Made by a program: the position numbers and the translations under genes
Source of the DNA: Octopus vulgaris
Taxonomy: Eukaryota
Assembly (NCBI GenBank): GCA_951406725.2
Contig: OX597836.1
Span: forward strand, 38,440,001 to 38,504,000
Reading direction: 5' to 3'
Length of the DNA stretch: 64,000 nucleotides
In this document: one piece after another, positions 62,971-64,000 of the stretch
How positions within the stretch are numbered: the first letter of the stretch is position 1
How the letters are laid out: the number at the start of each line of letters is the position of its first letter
The notes under the pieces: model-generated
Databases searched by the model: none
What the model was told of the DNA's origin: nothing
The model's input: the letters and a program-made list of their open reading frames with translations, nothing else

Positions 62971-64000
62971 AAAGATCAGAACTAGGAATTAGTTGTCACT
63001 CTGGGTTAAGATTTTTTACTATAGGCACAAAAATTAAATGCAAACCAAAGCCAGTTCTAACAGCTCTGGCCACCATATAGTCCGTCAGCTGCTAGAAAAA
63101 GAAGCCAAATCTCTCACAGACCATGTTTACCATCTCAAAGATCAGAATTAGGAATTACTTGTCATCCTGGGTTAAGATTTTTTACTATAGGCACAAAAAT
63201 TAAATGAAAACCAAAGCCGATTCTAACAGCCCTAGCCACCATATAGACCTTCGGCTGCTAGACAAAGAAGCCAAATCTCTCACAGGCCATGTTTACCATC
63301 TCAAAGATCAGAATTAGGAATTACTTGTCACTCTGGGTTAAGATTTTTTACTATAGGCACAAAAATTAAATGCAAACCAAAGCCAATTCTAACAGCCTTG
63401 GCCACCATATAGTCCTTCAGCTGCTAGAAAAAGAAGCCAAATCTCTCACAGGCCATGTTTACCATCTCAAAGATCAGAATTAGGAATTAGTTGTCACTCT
63501 GGGTTAAGATTTTTTACTATAGGCACAAAAATTAAATGCAAACCAAAGCCAGTTCTAACGGCCCTAGCCACCATATAGACCTTCGGCTGCTAGAAAAAGA
63601 AGCCAAATCTCTCACAGACCATGTTTACCATCTCAAAGATCAGAATTAGGAATTACTTGTCATCCTGGGTTAAGATTTTTTACTATAGGCACAAAAATTA
63701 AATGAAAACCAAAGCCGATTCTAACAGCCCTGGCCACCATATAGTCCTTCAGCTGCTAGAAAAAGAAGCCAAATCTCTCACAGGCCATGTTTACCATCTC
63801 AAAGGTCAGAATTAGGAATTACTTGTCACTCTGGGTTAAGATTTTTTACTATAGGCACAAAAATTAAATGCAAACCAAAGCCAATTCTAACAGCCTTGGC
63901 CACCATATAGTCCTTCAGCTGCTAGAAAAAGAAGCCAAATCTCTCACAGGCCATGTTTACCATCTCAAAGATCAGAACTAGGAATTACTTGTCACTCTGG
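62971..64000. repeat. 166-bp satellite, at least 6.2 copies, running off the window end
   Basis: Monomer starts at 62971, 63137, 63303, 63469, 63635, 63801 and 63967. Confidence 0.97.

Noticed and set aside
62971-64000. CRISPR-like array
   Set aside because: The whole monomer is repeated with no unique spacers, there are no cas genes and the context is eukaryotic.

Overview
AT-rich, repeat-saturated eukaryotic DNA. The SINE repertoire and microsatellite load look like an octopus (cephalopod) genome, probably a large intron or intergenic region; this is recognition from memory, not a search result. No intact gene is supported, and almost all listed ORFs are read-throughs of SINEs and microsatellites. 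One weak exon candidate lies near 62.2-62.4 kb (-). The window holds at least six SINE-like families (labelled A-F here). It also holds fossils of hAT, Tc1, R4/Dong, RTE, CR1-type and Penelope-like (PLE) elements, TTAA-flanked piggyBac-type MITEs, and a 166-bp satellite with 3-mer higher-order structure. The most interesting signal is a set of short ribozyme-bearing retro-insertions. Type I hammerhead motifs of several unrelated sequence families occur at 961-1119, 15049-15082, 15331-15382, 15620-15700, 48516-48938 and 55667-55730. Most sit in (TA)n tracts and several form long fold-back inverted repeats. One is fused to a tRNA-derived Pol III head, making it a candidate Penelope-mobilised hammerhead SINE. 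A second motif resembling an HDV-like ribozyme (CC-L3-GG...CTGCT-AGAAAT-AGCAG-CCAAA) is shared by SINE family F, the non-hammerhead fold-backs and the satellite. All structural calls were made by eye and need folding, covariance and cleavage tests.
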